DNA of 50,097 bases from Bacilli bacterium (GCA_041675825.1 JBAYTC010000002.1:1-50097), one strand, 5' to 3'; positions 38,005 to 49,157 are shown, numbered from the stretch's first letter. Program-made: numbers and translations. The notes: generated from the sequence alone by a model not told the origin.

Positions 38005-38054
38005 CATATTAATTTAATCCTGGAATCTCCAGTATTAAATTAATATGTTTTTTT
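38005..38054 (+). terminator. Long nested-hairpin terminator after mutS2
   Basis: CATATTAATTTAAT-c-CTGGA atc TCCAG-t-ATTAAATTAATATG followed by T7. Confidence 0.8.
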
Positions 38055-38131
38055 ATATTACCAAAAAAGAAAATTTTACTTTAAAAATCGACAATTTTAT
38101 GATACAATAAATTTAAGAAAGAAGTGGTAGT

Positions 38132-38647
38132 ATGGAAAATATTGATATTATAAGTTATAAACACGATGGAGAATTGCATCGTGTTTGGAAAAATGTAATT
38201 AAATTACATGAAGATGAAGAAATATGTGTTTTACTAAATAATGAAGTTGAGGTTATTGATGGAGATGGAAGAAAATGGAAAACTAGAGAACCTGCTGTTT
38301 GCTATTTTTTCAAACAAAAATGGTTTAATGTTATTTGCATGATAAGAAATGAAAGGATTTTTTACTATTGTAACTTGAGTTCACCATATGTTATTGATAA
38401 TGAAGGATTAAAATATATTGACTATGATTTAGACATTAAGGTTTTTCCTGATGGTGAAGTAGTCGAACTTGATCGTGATGAATACAACTTTAATTCTGAC
38501 TATTTGAGATATTCAGATAAAATTGGAATTATTATTGATAATAGCATGAATGAACTTAAAGATTATATTAAAACCAAAAAAGACCCATTCAATAATGAAT
38601 GTGTAATGAAATGGTATAATTATTTCTTAAAAAGTGATGAAAATTAA
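38132..38647 (+). CDS. ntdp: Nucleoside tri/diphosphatase, DUF402/UPF0374 family (Ntdp/YgaC-like)
   Basis: SYKHDGELHRVW...WFNVI...YYCNLSSP...YIDYDLDIKVFPDGEVVELDRDEY is the DUF402 pattern. 171 aa. Confidence 0.75.
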   Translation: MENIDIISYKHDGELHRVWKNVIKLHEDEEICVLLNNEVEVIDGDGRKWKTREPAVCYFFKQKWFNVICMIRNERIFYYCNLSSPYVIDNEGLKYIDYDLDIKVFPDGEVVELDRDEYNFNSDYLRYSDKIGIIIDNSMNELKDYIKTKKDPFNNECVMKWYNYFLKSDEN

Positions 38648-38657
38648 TGAAAATGTG

Positions 38658-38686
38658 TTGAAATGTTTTCAAAATTATGATATAAT
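38658..38686 (+). promoter_or_regulatory. Consensus-like sigma-A promoter for the CNNM/TlyC-type gene
   Basis: TTGAAA (38658-38663), 17-nt spacer ending in TGa, TATAAT (38681-38686). Confidence 0.65.
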
Positions 38687-38718
38687 AGTTTATAAATAAA
38701 AAAGGTAGGTGTATTTTT

Positions 38719-40104
38719 TTGGTTCCTCTCGAGCGTTACGACCAAATATTAAGTGTTTTTAATTTTAATGAATTTTCTAGTAAAATTCCTTTACTATTTG
38801 TTTTAGTTCTTTTGTTGTTTTTATCGGCATTCTTTTCTATTTCTGAAACTGCATATTCATCAGTAAACATTATTCGTTTACGTAACTATATGGATGAGAA
38901 AGTTAAAGGGGCAAAAAAAGCTGTTTATATTGCTGAAAAGTATGACATAACTTTAACAACAATTTTAGTAGGTAATAATTTAGTTAATATTGCTTCAACA
39001 ACAATTGCTGCATATATTATTTCTACAGTTATTACTCAACCTTCTATTGCAAATATTATTAACACTGTAATTATGACTATAATAATTTTAATATTTGGCG
39101 AAATTTTACCGAAATCATATGGTAAAAGCAATGCGGATAAAGTAGCTTTAAAATTATCTGGTCCACTTTACTTCACAATAAAACTCATGTATCCAATCAC
39201 TTGGTTATTTTTAAAAATGCAAAGATCAATAGTTAAAAAGAATGAATCGATTCCTTCAGTAACAGAGGATGAACTTGAAACTATTATTGATGTTATGGAA
39301 ACAGAAGGCATCATACAAAAAACAAATGCGGAGTTAATCCAAAGTGCTTTAAACCTTGATGAGAAAAATGTAATTGATATTATGACTCCAAGGGTTGATA
39401 TGATTGCTGTAGATATAAGTGATTCTGTTGAAGAGATAAGGGACTTGTTCTTTGAGTATCAATTTTCTCGAGTGCCGGTATATGAAGATGATAAAGATAA
39501 TATTATCGGTATCCTAAGTGAAAGAGATTTCTTCACAGCTTATATAAAAAATCCAAACCATGATGTAGATTTACGTAAGATTATTTCTAAACCTTACTAT
39601 GTTTCTAAAACTAAAAAAGTCGATGACTTGATTAGAGAAATGCAAAATCTTAAAAAGCATTTTGCTATTGTTTCAGATGAGTACGGCGGAACTAGTGGAA
39701 TTGTTACTATGGAAGATGCACTAGAAGAATTAGTTGGTGAAATTTACGATGAATATGATGAGTATGTAGAAGAAGATGATGCTGAAAAAATAGTTCAAAT
39801 TGAGGACAACAAATACCTTATTTCAGCTGACATGGAATTAGATTATCTATTTGAAGAATTAAAATTAGGCAATGAACCTGAAACAAGATTTACCAATGTT
39901 GGTGGTTTTGTTTACGAGCTTAGTGCCGATATGCCTATTACTGGTAATCAAATTACTATTAATTCTACTTACGAAGAAGATGATTTGGAGAATCCAATTC
40001 ATATTGATTATGAAATAACTTTCACAATTGATAAGGTTCAAAACCGTAGAATTAAAACATTAATTGTTGAAGTTAAAGTTATTAATGAAAATATCAATGG
40101 ATAA
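38719..40104 (+). CDS. Hemolysin-family/CNNM-type protein (DUF21 membrane domain, CBS pair, CorC_HlyC)
   Basis: TTG start 7 nt after AAAGGTAGGTG. DUF21 TM region, CBS pair ([11 protein letters not shown]...; [18 protein letters not shown]; [29 protein letters not shown]) and a CorC C-terminal domain. Confidence 0.85.
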   Translation: MVPLERYDQILSVFNFNEFSSKIPLLFVLVLLLFLSAFFSISETAYSSVNIIRLRNYMDEKVKGAKKAVYIAEKYDITLTTILVGNNLVNIASTTIAAYIISTVITQPSIANIINTVIMTIIILIFGEILPKSYGKSNADKVALKLSGPLYFTIKLMYPITWLFLKMQRSIVKKNESIPSVTEDELETIIDVMETEGIIQKTNAELIQSALNLDEKNVIDIMTPRVDMIAVDISDSVEEIRDLFFEYQFSRVPVYEDDKDNIIGILSERDFFTAYIKNPNHDVDLRKIISKPYYVSKTKKVDDLIREMQNLKKHFAIVSDEYGGTSGIVTMEDALEELVGEIYDEYDEYVEEDDAEKIVQIEDNKYLISADMELDYLFEELKLGNEPETRFTNVGGFVYELSADMPITGNQITINSTYEEDDLENPIHIDYEITFTIDKVQNRRIKTLIVEVKVINENING

Positions 40105-40105
40105 T

Positions 40106-40142
40106 AACTCTCACCACATAAAGCGTGGTGAGAGTTTCTTTT
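40106..40142 (+). terminator. Rho-independent terminator
   Basis: AACTCTCACCAC ataaagc GTGGTGAGAGTT followed by TCTTTT. Confidence 0.8.
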
Positions 40143-40314
40143 AATTAAAGGTTATGTCGAAATATAAATTATATTCATTTTAGGCTGCTTTTTCGCTCTC
40201 TCAAAAAAGTTTAATTGGTATTTGTGCATTTAAAAAAAGTTAATCTTCTCACAGAGAGCATATAATTATTGTTTTATAGTAAAATATGATATACTTTATC
40301 AAAGGGGTGATTTT

Positions 40315-40773
40315 ATGTTAGAAGTTGGATCAAAAGCAATTGATTTCACACTAAAAAATCAATTTAATGAAGATATAAGTTTAAGTATGTTTAAGGGTAA
40401 AAAAATCGTTTTGTATTTTTATCCTAAAGACAATACTCCTGGATGTACAACTCAAGCTTGTTCATTCAGAGATAATTTCGAACGTTTTAAAGACAATGAT
40501 ATTGTTGTGATAGGTGTTAGTGTTGATGATGTTAATAGTCACAAGAAATTTATAGAGAAGTTCGATTTACCATTTCATTTATTAGCAGACACCGAAAAAA
40601 AAGTTGTTAATGATTATCAGGTATGGGTAGAAAAAAGTATGTATGGAAAAAAATATATGGGTACTCAGAGATCAACTTTTATTATTGATGAGTTTGGAGT
40701 GATAGAGAAGGTGTTTGAAAAAGCCAAACCTGATACTAATGCATCTGAAATATTAGAGTATTTAAATAAATAA
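40315..40773 (+). CDS. bcp: Thioredoxin-dependent peroxiredoxin Bcp
   Basis: FYPKDNTPGCTTQACSFRD active site. 152 aa. Extended -10 TGaTATACT at 40287-40295. Confidence 0.9.
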   Translation: MLEVGSKAIDFTLKNQFNEDISLSMFKGKKIVLYFYPKDNTPGCTTQACSFRDNFERFKDNDIVVIGVSVDDVNSHKKFIEKFDLPFHLLADTEKKVVNDYQVWVEKSMYGKKYMGTQRSTFIIDEFGVIEKVFEKAKPDTNASEILEYLNK

Positions 40774-40783
40774 ATGTAATTAC

Positions 40784-40812
40784 TTGATTTTATAGGTTGT
40801 TTGGGATATAAT
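40784..40812 (+). promoter_or_regulatory. Sigma-A promoter for the TPP riboswitch/thiT
   Basis: TTGATT (40784-40789), 17-nt spacer, TATAAT (40807-40812). Confidence 0.6.
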
Positions 40813-40831
40813 ATATATACAATTAAATACA

Positions 40832-40912
40832 TTTTGCAGCGGAACTATTTATAGTTGAGAGGGTTAACCCGACGCTTTGAACCTGTCAGTTAATACTGTC
40901 GTAGGGAGCAAT
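40832..40912 (+). promoter_or_regulatory. TPP (THI-box) riboswitch aptamer
   Basis: P1 TTGC...GCAA. Conserved core TGAGAgggttaACCC...tttGAACCTGtcagtTAATACtgtcGTAGGGA matches the TPP consensus (CUGAGA...ACCC...GAACCUGAUCUGGxUAAUACCAGCGUAGGGA). Confidence 0.88.
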
Positions 40913-40927
40913 CAATAAAAAAATTGA

Positions 40928-40954
40928 AGTGCTTTACGATTAAGCACTTTTTTA
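40928..40954 (+). terminator. Riboswitch expression-platform terminator
   Basis: AGTGCTT tacgatt AAGCACT followed by T6. Confidence 0.75.
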
Positions 40955-41006
40955 TATAGCCCTATAAAAATATATTTAATTGAATATTATAAAAGGGAGG
41001 ATTATA

Positions 41007-41567
41007 ATGAATAAGAAAACGCAATTTATCACAGAAATCGGGATTTTTTCAGCATTAGCTATTGCGCTAGATTTAGTTTGTGGTCTGTTATTCTCGTTTA
41101 GTTGGACTCAAGGGGGGTCAATTTCAATTGGTATGTTTCCCGTGTTTATTATGGCAATGAGATGGGGTCCAAAAGGAGGGTTTTCTAGTGGGTTTATTTT
41201 TGGTGTAATTCAAATAGTATTACCAACCGCATATTTAGCTGGAGGTCTTTTCCAGGTCTTATTTGATTATGTATTTGCATTCACTGTTTTAGGTGTTGCA
41301 GGATTTATGATTTATTTTATTAAAGCAAATGATAAACATAATATCATAGTTGTTTCCAGTGTTTTCATGATTATTGCAGGATTATTAAGATCAATTTTCC
41401 ATATAATTTCTGGAATGTTGTTCTTCGATGTTCCACTATGGGGTTCTATTGTATATAACATGCCATATATGTTACCGTCGATGGCTGTAAGTATCATTAT
41501 CGTAATTGCTTTCACACTGAAAGCACCACAATTGGTATTTTTGCCAGAAGAAGATTTAAGCAAATAA
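41007..41567 (+). CDS. thiT: ECF transporter S component for thiamine (ThiT)
   Basis: Track start (TTG 40980) trimmed to ATG 41007 after AAAGGGAGG. Six-TM S-component pattern (EIGIFSALAIALD...GGSISIGMFPVFIMAMRWGPKGG). Sits directly downstream of the TPP riboswitch. Confidence 0.85.
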   Translation: MNKKTQFITEIGIFSALAIALDLVCGLLFSFSWTQGGSISIGMFPVFIMAMRWGPKGGFSSGFIFGVIQIVLPTAYLAGGLFQVLFDYVFAFTVLGVAGFMIYFIKANDKHNIIVVSSVFMIIAGLLRSIFHIISGMLFFDVPLWGSIVYNMPYMLPSMAVSIIIVIAFTLKAPQLVFLPEEDLSK

Positions 41568-41596
41568 AAACAAGGGATATAGTCCCTTGTTTTTTA
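41566..41596. terminator. Bidirectional terminator between thiT and recU
   Basis: AAAAACAAGGGA tatag TCCCTTGTTTTTT. Confidence 0.8.
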
Positions 41597-42160
41597 AAAA
41601 TATAATTGATCAACAGCCTTTAGGTAATCAATTGGTGGTGTATAACCTAAAGGAGCAATTTTACCTATTTCTCTTGCTTTATTAATACTGATACTTTTAA
41701 TTCCATTTTTTAAATTATTAAGATATAGTTCATAGAAAACAGGAATATCAATCAAATATACTTCATTTAGTTTCTTAAAATATATAATTACAAATGCTAA
41801 TCCACCATGTTTGTTTACTTTTACTAAATGATTTATTTGGTGTTCAAATATATGTTTAAATGAGAAACTTAAATTGTTTGTTTCTTTAGCTTCGTAATCA
41901 ATATATTTACCTCTATAAATACCATTATAATCAGTAGTAGAAGGAGTTTTGTAGTATGCTTCTGTAATTTTTGCTTTTGTTCTTTGAGGATAGTCTACCC
42001 TTACTATTTGAACAGGTGTTGGTTTTTTGTAAATAATGGCAATATCATGTAATCTATAATACTCATTACTTATGTTTAAAGCATTTTCAAAAATAACACC
42101 ATTAACTTTAGGTGTTTTTTTATAATTTTCTTTATTTTGTATTGGAGTTGGGTACTTCAT
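41594..42160 (-). CDS. recU: Holliday junction resolvase RecU
   Basis: Trimmed to ATG 42160 (GTGGTGA Shine-Dalgarno; minus-strand TGtTATAAT at 42184-42176). GVIFENALNISNEYY, PTPVQIVRVDYP, STTDYNGIYRGKYIDYEAKET and HQINHL are RecU motifs. Confidence 0.88.
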   Translation of the reverse strand: MKYPTPIQNKENYKKTPKVNGVIFENALNISNEYYRLHDIAIIYKKPTPVQIVRVDYPQRTKAKITEAYYKTPSTTDYNGIYRGKYIDYEAKETNNLSFSFKHIFEHQINHLVKVNKHGGLAFVIIYFKKLNEVYLIDIPVFYELYLNNLKNGIKSISINKAREIGKIAPLGYTPPIDYLKAVDQLYF

Positions 42161-42408
42161 ATAATCACCACTAATATTATAACACAAAAGATAAGACATA
42201 GAAATGTTTTTTTGTTTAATCATAGAATAAACAACAAACAATTTATTAAATATAGTCATAACATCATCAAGAGTATATTTATATCTCGAAAACCTCTTTG
42301 CTTGAATGGGGTTTAATATGTGTAAAAATTCTTTAATTACTTATTTTATTGATATTTACCACTATTTGTGTTAAAATATACATATAATAGAAAGCAGGAC
42401 AATAACAT

Positions 42409-44235
42409 ATGATTACAAATCACAATGAATTACTTGAAAGACAAAAACGTATACGTAATTTTTCAATTATTGCCCATATAGATCATGGAAAGTCAACTTT
42501 AGCTGACCGTATTTTAGAATTGACTAATACTGTAGAACTTAGGGATATGAAGCAACAATTATTAGATTCTATGGATTTAGAAAGAGAACGCGGTATTACA
42601 ATTAAACTAAACGCTGTAGAACTCACATATAAAAGTAAAAATGGAGAAGATTATATTTTTCATTTAATCGACACTCCAGGACATGTAGACTTTACCTATG
42701 AAGTAAGTAGATCTTTAGCTGCTTGTGAGGGCGCGATACTAGTTGTTGATGCGGCTCAAGGAATTGAAGCTCAAACACTAGCTAATGTATATTTAGCAAT
42801 TGATAATGATTTAGAAATATTACCACTTATAAATAAAATTGATTTACCTTCAGCAGATATTGAGAAGGTAAGAGAAGAAATTGAAAGAGTAATCGGTTTA
42901 GATGCAAGTGATGCTGTTTTAGCCTCAGCAAAGTCAGGAATAGGCATTGAAGATATTCTTGAACAAATAGTTCATAAGGTTCCAGCCCCAACAGGTGATC
43001 CTTCAGCTCCGCTTGAAGCTTTAATTTTTGATTCTTATTATGATCAATATCGTGGGATTATTCCTTCAATTAGAGTAATGAATGGCACAGTAAAAAAAGG
43101 TGATAAGATTTATATGATGGCCAACAAAAAGGTTTTTGAGGTCGTCGAACTTGGCGTTTATACTCCATCTGAAAAGAAAAGAGATTATTTAACTGTTGGT
43201 GATGTTGGATATTTAACCGCGGCTATTAAAGATATCGAAGATGTTCATGTTGGAGATACAATAACATTTGCTGAAAATCCAGCAAAAAATCCTTTACCAG
43301 GTTATCGTAAATTAAATCCAATGGTTTTTTGTGGCTTGTTTCCAATTGATAATGGTAGTTACTTAGAATTAAAAGAAGCTTTAGAAAAACTAAAACTAAA
43401 TGATGCCTCATTATCTTATGAACCTGAAACATCACAAGCTTTAGGATTTGGTTTTAGGGTTGGTTTTTTAGGCTTATTACATATGGATATTATACAAGAA
43501 CGTGTTGAACGTGAATTTGGAATTGATTTGATTGCAACTGCTCCATCTGTTAATTATCACGTAAACATGACAGATGGAACGATTATAAGTATAGATAATC
43601 CTTCGCTTATGCCAGAAGCTGCAAAAATTAAATCAATTGAAGAACCATATGTCACTGCAACAATTATGTTACCTAATATATATGTTGGTACAGTGATGGA
43701 ACTTTGTCAAACTAAACGTGGTATTTTTAAAGATATGGTATATCTAGATCAAAACCGAGTGACTTTAACCTATGAAATGCCACTTTCAGAAATAGTTTTT
43801 GACTTTTTTGATAGACTAAAGTCTTCAACAAAAGGTTATGCTTCGTTTGACTATCAATATTCTAGTTATAAACAATCGAAACTAGTTAAGATGGACATAC
43901 TGTTAAATTCAGAAAAAGTTGATGCTTTAAGCACAATAGTTCATACTGAATCAGCATTTCATCGAGGTAAGGCGATTACTGAAAAACTTAAAGACTTAAT
44001 ACCTAGACAAATGTTTGAAATACCTGTACAAGCAGCAATTGGTGGTAAAATAATTGCGAGAAGTACAATAAAAGCAATGCGTAAAGACGTTTTAGCTAAG
44101 TGTTATGGAGGAGACGTTAGCCGTAAGAAAAAGCTTTTAAAGAAGCAAAAAGAAGGTAAAAAACGTATGAAGTCAGTGGGTAGTGTTGATATTCCTCAGT
44201 CAGCATTTCTTGCAGTTTTAAATATTGATGAATAA
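42409..44235 (+). CDS. lepA: Translation elongation factor 4 (LepA)
   Basis: [28 protein letters not shown], and the LepA-specific C-terminal domain. 608 aa. Confidence 0.95.
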   Translation: MITNHNELLERQKRIRNFSIIAHIDHGKSTLADRILELTNTVELRDMKQQLLDSMDLERERGITIKLNAVELTYKSKNGEDYIFHLIDTPGHVDFTYEVSRSLAACEGAILVVDAAQGIEAQTLANVYLAIDNDLEILPLINKIDLPSADIEKVREEIERVIGLDASDAVLASAKSGIGIEDILEQIVHKVPAPTGDPSAPLEALIFDSYYDQYRGIIPSIRVMNGTVKKGDKIYMMANKKVFEVVELGVYTPSEKKRDYLTVGDVGYLTAAIKDIEDVHVGDTITFAENPAKNPLPGYRKLNPMVFCGLFPIDNGSYLELKEALEKLKLNDASLSYEPETSQALGFGFRVGFLGLLHMDIIQERVEREFGIDLIATAPSVNYHVNMTDGTIISIDNPSLMPEAAKIKSIEEPYVTATIMLPNIYVGTVMELCQTKRGIFKDMVYLDQNRVTLTYEMPLSEIVFDFFDRLKSSTKGYASFDYQYSSYKQSKLVKMDILLNSEKVDALSTIVHTESAFHRGKAITEKLKDLIPRQMFEIPVQAAIGGKIIARSTIKAMRKDVLAKCYGGDVSRKKKLLKKQKEGKKRMKSVGSVDIPQSAFLAVLNIDE

Positions 44236-45370
44236 CATAGACAATAAAATACTAGCTTTATATGTTCACATTCCATTTTGTAATAAAATTTGCACTTACT
44301 GTGATTTCTTTAAAATGGTTGCTAAAACGAAATATAAAACAGAATATGTTGAACATTTGGTAAAAGAAATCTATCTAAAAGTAGATTCTTTTTCCAACTT
44401 GAAAACCATATATATCGGTGGTGGTACACCTTCGGCACTACCTTTAAATATACTGGATTATTTACTTTTTCATTTAACAAGAAATATTAATATCGATAAA
44501 ATTGATGAATTTACAATTGAAGCAAATCCAATTGATATTACACCGGACTTTGTTAAGCTACTAGTTAAGTACAATATAAATAGAGTGAGTTTAGGAGTAC
44601 AAAGCTTTAATAATGAAAAATTAAAATTTCTAGGGAGAGAACATAATAAAGAGCAAGCTATAAATGCAATTAATGTTCTAAAATCAGGGGGAATTTCAAA
44701 TATTAATGTTGATATTATCTATGCAACACCTGATGATACTTATAAAATAGTTAAAAATGATGTTTTACAAGCTATTAAACTTAAAGCTAAACATTTATCG
44801 ACATATTCTTTAATTCTCGAAGAAAAAACTGTTTTGTATCATATGTATCTAAATAAGAAATTCAAGGCTTTTGATGAAGATAAAGAATTTAAAATATATA
44901 CAAAACTTAGAAAATTGTTGAAAAGACATGGATATAACCACTATGAAACTAGCAACTATGCTTTAAAAAATTATGAAAGTAAGCATAATCAAGTATATTG
45001 GTCCAATAATCATTATATTGGTTTAGGTGCTGGAGCTAGTTATTATATTAATAATGTAAGGTATACCAATGCTAAAAACATAAATGATTATTATAAAGGT
45101 GTTAATTCTGGTAATCTAGAATATTATGAGCAAACTCAATTGACAGAAACAGATATAATGCAAGAAGAAGTTATTTTAGGTTTAAGATTATTAAAAGGAT
45201 TGAGTTTGTCACATTTCAAGGAAAAATTTGGAAAAGACATTTTTGATGTTTATCCTTTTATTTCTGATTTAATAAATAAAAAATTTCTCAAAATAACTAG
45301 AGATAATAACTTAATTATCCCTAAAAGCAAATTATATTTATCAAATTTTGTACTCAAATATTTCATATAA
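44228..45370 (+). CDS. hemW: Radical SAM heme chaperone HemW (HemN-like)
   Basis: [16 protein letters not shown] radical-SAM motif, GGGTPS, and lepA-hemN synteny. ATG 44228 is used (TTG 44225 is possible). Confidence 0.88.
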   Translation: MNNIDNKILALYVHIPFCNKICTYCDFFKMVAKTKYKTEYVEHLVKEIYLKVDSFSNLKTIYIGGGTPSALPLNILDYLLFHLTRNINIDKIDEFTIEANPIDITPDFVKLLVKYNINRVSLGVQSFNNEKLKFLGREHNKEQAINAINVLKSGGISNINVDIIYATPDDTYKIVKNDVLQAIKLKAKHLSTYSLILEEKTVLYHMYLNKKFKAFDEDKEFKIYTKLRKLLKRHGYNHYETSNYALKNYESKHNQVYWSNNHYIGLGAGASYYINNVRYTNAKNINDYYKGVNSGNLEYYEQTQLTETDIMQEEVILGLRLLKGLSLSHFKEKFGKDIFDVYPFISDLINKKFLKITRDNNLIIPKSKLYLSNFVLKYFI

Positions 45371-45383
45371 AGTGGTGATTTTA

Positions 45384-46283
45384 TTGGAAAAATATATAAC
45401 TGAATATAAGTATTACTTGCATGGGGAACTTAATTTAAGTTCTAATACAATTGATAAATATATAAGTGATTGTAAAAAGTATGTGAATTACTTAACTGAA
45501 TATCAAAAAATTACTGTTTTGGATGATATAAATGTGGATGTCATTAGATCATACTTAAAAAACCTTAAAAAGAAAGTTAAAAACCTGGACACATACATTT
45601 CTTCAATCAGATCTTTTCATCGCTTTCTATTTTTAGAAAAACATATGAAAACAAATCCTTCTAACCTAATAGATTTGCCTAAAAAAGAAAAAAAATTACC
45701 GGTTGTTCTATCCATTGATGCTATTAATAATATAATTGATAACATAGATGTATCAACTGAAGAAGGATATAAATCGAAAGCAATGATTGAAACGGCATAT
45801 TCCTGTGGTTTGCGCGTTAGTGAGTTAATAGGATTAAAAATAGAAAATCTTCATTTAGATTTGGGTTTCATTAAAGTCTTTGGTAAAGGAAGTAAAGAAA
45901 GAATTATACCAATAGGTGAAAAAGCAGTTGACACTCTTAACTATTATTTAAAAAATATAAGGCCAAAATATGTTAAGAATACATCGCCCTATGTTTTTTT
46001 GAATAAAAGAGGCAATCAACTAACAAGACAAGCATTTAGTGTTATTTTAAAAAAATATGTTCTTGAAAATGATATAATAAAAAAAGTATCTCCACACACA
46101 TTACGACATTCATTTGCCAGTCATATGCTCCAAGAAGGAAGCGATCTTAGATTAATTCAAGAATTACTTGGACATGAAAATATTTCCACAACAGAAATAT
46201 ATACTCATGTAAGTAATTCAAAATTAAAAGAAGTATATTTAAATTCGCATCCTCGTGCGAGAAAGGATAAAAAAAATGTATAA
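45384..46283 (+). CDS. xerD: Tyrosine site-specific recombinase XerD/XerC type
   Basis: Start set to TTG 45384 after GGTGAT (the track ATG 45348 lies inside hemW). Catalytic R...[12 protein letters not shown]...[16 protein letters not shown]. Followed by deoB as in the Bacillus ripX-drm arrangement. Confidence 0.8.
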   Translation: MEKYITEYKYYLHGELNLSSNTIDKYISDCKKYVNYLTEYQKITVLDDINVDVIRSYLKNLKKKVKNLDTYISSIRSFHRFLFLEKHMKTNPSNLIDLPKKEKKLPVVLSIDAINNIIDNIDVSTEEGYKSKAMIETAYSCGLRVSELIGLKIENLHLDLGFIKVFGKGSKERIIPIGEKAVDTLNYYLKNIRPKYVKNTSPYVFLNKRGNQLTRQAFSVILKKYVLENDIIKKVSPHTLRHSFASHMLQEGSDLRLIQELLGHENISTTEIYTHVSNSKLKEVYLNSHPRARKDKKNV

Positions 46284-47442
46284 AAGAATATTTGTTATTG
46301 TGGCAGATTCATTAGGAGTTGGTGCAGCAAAAGACGCAGCGAAATATGGTGATGAAGGTGCCAACACTTTAAAACACTTAAGTTACAGTAAGATTGATTT
46401 CTCAATTCCAAATTTAGAGAAAATGGGTATTGGAAACATTACTGATGTTTATAATACAAAAAAACTAGATAATCCAATTGCTTCATATGGAAAAATGGAA
46501 GAATTAAGTGTTGGAAAAGACACACTAACTGGTCATTGGGAAATAATGGGTTTAAAAGTTATGACACCTTTCCCTGCGTTTACTGATACAGGATTTCCTA
46601 AAGAATTAATTGATATGTTAGAAAAAGAAACCGGAAGAAAAGTTATTGGCAATGTTTCAGCAAGTGGTACTGAGATCATAAAAGACTTAGGAGAAGAGCA
46701 TATGAAGACTGGAGCCTTAATTGTCTACACTTCAGCAGATTCAGTTCTTCAAATAGCAGCTCATGAAGAGATAGTTCCAATTCCCGAATTATATCGTATT
46801 TGTGAATATGCTAGAAAAATCACTTTAGAGAATAAAGATTGGATGGTTGGAAGAATTATAGCAAGACCATTTATTGGTGAAAATGCTGATAATTTTAAAA
46901 GAACCTCTAATAGACATGATTATGCTGTAAAGCCTTTTGGAGAAACAACACTTGTGAAACTTAAGAATGCAGGATATGATGTTATTGCTGTAGGTAAAAT
47001 AAATGATATTTTTGATGGTGAAGGAATTACTGAAACACATAAAACAAAAAGTAATGAACACGGAATGGAAATAACCGCTTCGATTGCAAAAAAAGATTTT
47101 AACGGTTTATGTTTTGTTAACTTAGTTGATTTTGATGCTATTTATGGACATAGACGCGATCCTGAGGGATATGCAAAATGTGTCGAAGATTTTGATAAGC
47201 AATTAGGAGAGTTTTTACCATTATTAAATGATGATGATCTACTAATGATTATAGCAGATCATGGAAACGATCCATTACATTCAGGAACTGATCACACAAG
47301 AGAAAATGTTCCATTAATTATTTACAATAAAAATTTAAAACCAGTAAATTTAGGTACTAGGGAATCATTTTCTGATGTTGCAGCTACTATCGCAAGTAAT
47401 TTTAATGTTGAATTACCAAAAATAGGTAAAAATATTCTTTGA
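46276..47442 (+). CDS. deoB: Phosphopentomutase
   Basis: ATG 46276 after [34 protein letters not shown] and ADHGNDP metal-site motifs. Confidence 0.92.
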   Translation: MYKRIFVIVADSLGVGAAKDAAKYGDEGANTLKHLSYSKIDFSIPNLEKMGIGNITDVYNTKKLDNPIASYGKMEELSVGKDTLTGHWEIMGLKVMTPFPAFTDTGFPKELIDMLEKETGRKVIGNVSASGTEIIKDLGEEHMKTGALIVYTSADSVLQIAAHEEIVPIPELYRICEYARKITLENKDWMVGRIIARPFIGENADNFKRTSNRHDYAVKPFGETTLVKLKNAGYDVIAVGKINDIFDGEGITETHKTKSNEHGMEITASIAKKDFNGLCFVNLVDFDAIYGHRRDPEGYAKCVEDFDKQLGEFLPLLNDDDLLMIIADHGNDPLHSGTDHTRENVPLIIYNKNLKPVNLGTRESFSDVAATIASNFNVELPKIGKNIL

Positions 47443-47456
47443 AAGGAGTATTAGTA

Positions 47457-48374
47457 ATGTCTAAAGAATATGATATTAAAAACCAAAGTAACATAACCCT
47501 CAAAGGGATACTATGGGAAAAAGAAGATGTTCTTAAAAAAGCTGTTATTATTATTTGTCACGGAATGGCAGAGCACATTAATCGTTACGATGATTTTGCA
47601 AACTTTTTATCAGATAATGGATATATCGTCATAGGTTATGATCAACGTGGTCATGGCAAAACCGTGATTCAACCCGATGATATCGGTTATATGTCCGATA
47701 AAGATAATTTTGATGCTATGCTTGAAGATTTAAATTTAGTTGTAACTGAAGTTAAGAATTTGTATACTTTACCAATTTTTATAATCGGGCATTCTATGGG
47801 TTCATTTATTTCTCAAAGATATGCTCAAAAATATGGCTCAAGTGTAGATGGTATAATTTTTTCAGGAACAAGTTTAAACAAGGGTCTAATGATAAATGTT
47901 GGTCATATATTAAGTAAAATGATTGTAAAATTAAAAGGGAGAAAATATAGAAGCAACTTATTGCATAAATTAAGTTTTGAATCTTTTAATAAGAAATTTA
48001 AAAAAGATAATAACACTCCAGTTGACTGGTTATCTAGAGATGAAGAAGTTTGTAAACAATACATTGAAGATGATATGTGTGGAGCTATATTTACAGCATC
48101 ATATTATATGGATTTAATTAGTGGTTTTAAAGCCATCCACAAAAACATTAATCGTACTTTCCCTGCCTTAAAAATTTTAATCATCTCAGGGACAGAAGAT
48201 CCAGTAGGTAATTATGGTAAAGGACCGACAAATTACTACAAAAAACTTAAAAAAATTGGTCTTGAAGATATTGAAATGAATCTATATGCCCAAGCACGAC
48301 ATGAAATTTTGAATGAAATAAACAAAGAAGAAGTTTATAATGACATATTATCATGGCTAAACAGAAAAGTATAA
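47457..48374 (+). CDS. Alpha/beta hydrolase, lysophospholipase/monoacylglycerol-lipase-like
   Basis: ATG 47457 after GAAAGGAG. HGMAEH oxyanion region, GHSMGS nucleophile elbow and a C-terminal D...H. Confidence 0.8.
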   Translation: MSKEYDIKNQSNITLKGILWEKEDVLKKAVIIICHGMAEHINRYDDFANFLSDNGYIVIGYDQRGHGKTVIQPDDIGYMSDKDNFDAMLEDLNLVVTEVKNLYTLPIFIIGHSMGSFISQRYAQKYGSSVDGIIFSGTSLNKGLMINVGHILSKMIVKLKGRKYRSNLLHKLSFESFNKKFKKDNNTPVDWLSRDEEVCKQYIEDDMCGAIFTASYYMDLISGFKAIHKNINRTFPALKILIISGTEDPVGNYGKGPTNYYKKLKKIGLEDIEMNLYAQARHEILNEINKEEVYNDILSWLNRKV

Positions 48375-48377
48375 AAT

Positions 48378-48402
48378 AAACGCATTTTACATGCGTTTTT
48401 TC
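48378..48402 (+). terminator. Rho-independent terminator ending the lepA-to-hydrolase run
   Basis: AAACGCAT tttac ATGCGTTT followed by a T-run. Confidence 0.8.
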
Positions 48403-49157
48403 TAAAATAACACTTAAATATACTCATAAACATAGTTTTATATAGTTTATTTACGATTATCCTCTTTCGTTTTTTATAACTTAATCACATAAAACTATAT
48501 AAATTTTTTATAAAATAACATTGTAATAACCATTTATATATAGAATTTATGTCTATTTTCCCCTTCCTATGTTTATTACAAAAGAATTAGTTTATTTTTG
48601 TTAGAATAACGTTTAAAGGGCAAAATACGGCTGTGTTTCTCGTTTATAGTCTGTTATTGATAAATTACAATCTCATTTATAAAACCGATTATAAGCGATT
48701 TTTTAAGTTTAATGATGATCTTTTTAACATAATTTTTTTAAAGGATTACATTTATATTTATATAAAAGTTTAAAAGATTAAGTAGTTAATACATGAGTGT
48801 TATAATGCCTATGTGAGCGTGTTAAATAATAATATCTAGATAATTGGTAATTGGTTTTTCATACAAGCTTATTACTATCATTAAATATTATTGATAGATC
48901 AATCAGCAGAATAATTTCATATGAATCGAGATAAAATTAATAATGTGTTCTATTATAATAATGAATTCACGTAGATCAATAGCAATTGTATAGACCATTT
49001 ATTTTATAGGAATTAATGCATTATAAGCACATAATAACATTATTTGCATTTATCAACATACCACAATGTATTTAATTTCAAAAGGCTTTACCTTTATAAT
49101 TTAAACATTACATAATATACATTATAGGAAGTTGTTTATATATCAATGTATAATGAA

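Noticed and set aside
40195-40275. 7-bp inverted repeat GCTCTCT/AGAGAGC enclosing two AAAAAAGTT(T)AAT direct repeats, plus a half-match to a PerR/Fur-type box (ATATAATTATTGT) upstream of bcp.
   Set aside because: The repeats are short and mostly A/T. The box matches only one half-site convincingly. This is not enough to call an operator without genome-wide motif support.
48437-48503. 12-bp inverted repeat TTTATATAGTTT / AAACTATATAAA separated by 43 nt.
   Set aside because: It consists of A/T only and is short, so it is expected by chance in DNA this AT-rich. There is no flanking U-tract or second copy.
49016-49075. 19-codon hydrophobic micro-ORF (MHYKHIITLFAFINIPQCI) in the long spacer; considered as a type I toxin.
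   Set aside because: It is too short and AT-rich to distinguish from chance. The Shine-Dalgarno is weak and I could not identify an antisense RNA partner. It is kept only as a hypothesis inside the spacer finding and is not called as a feature.
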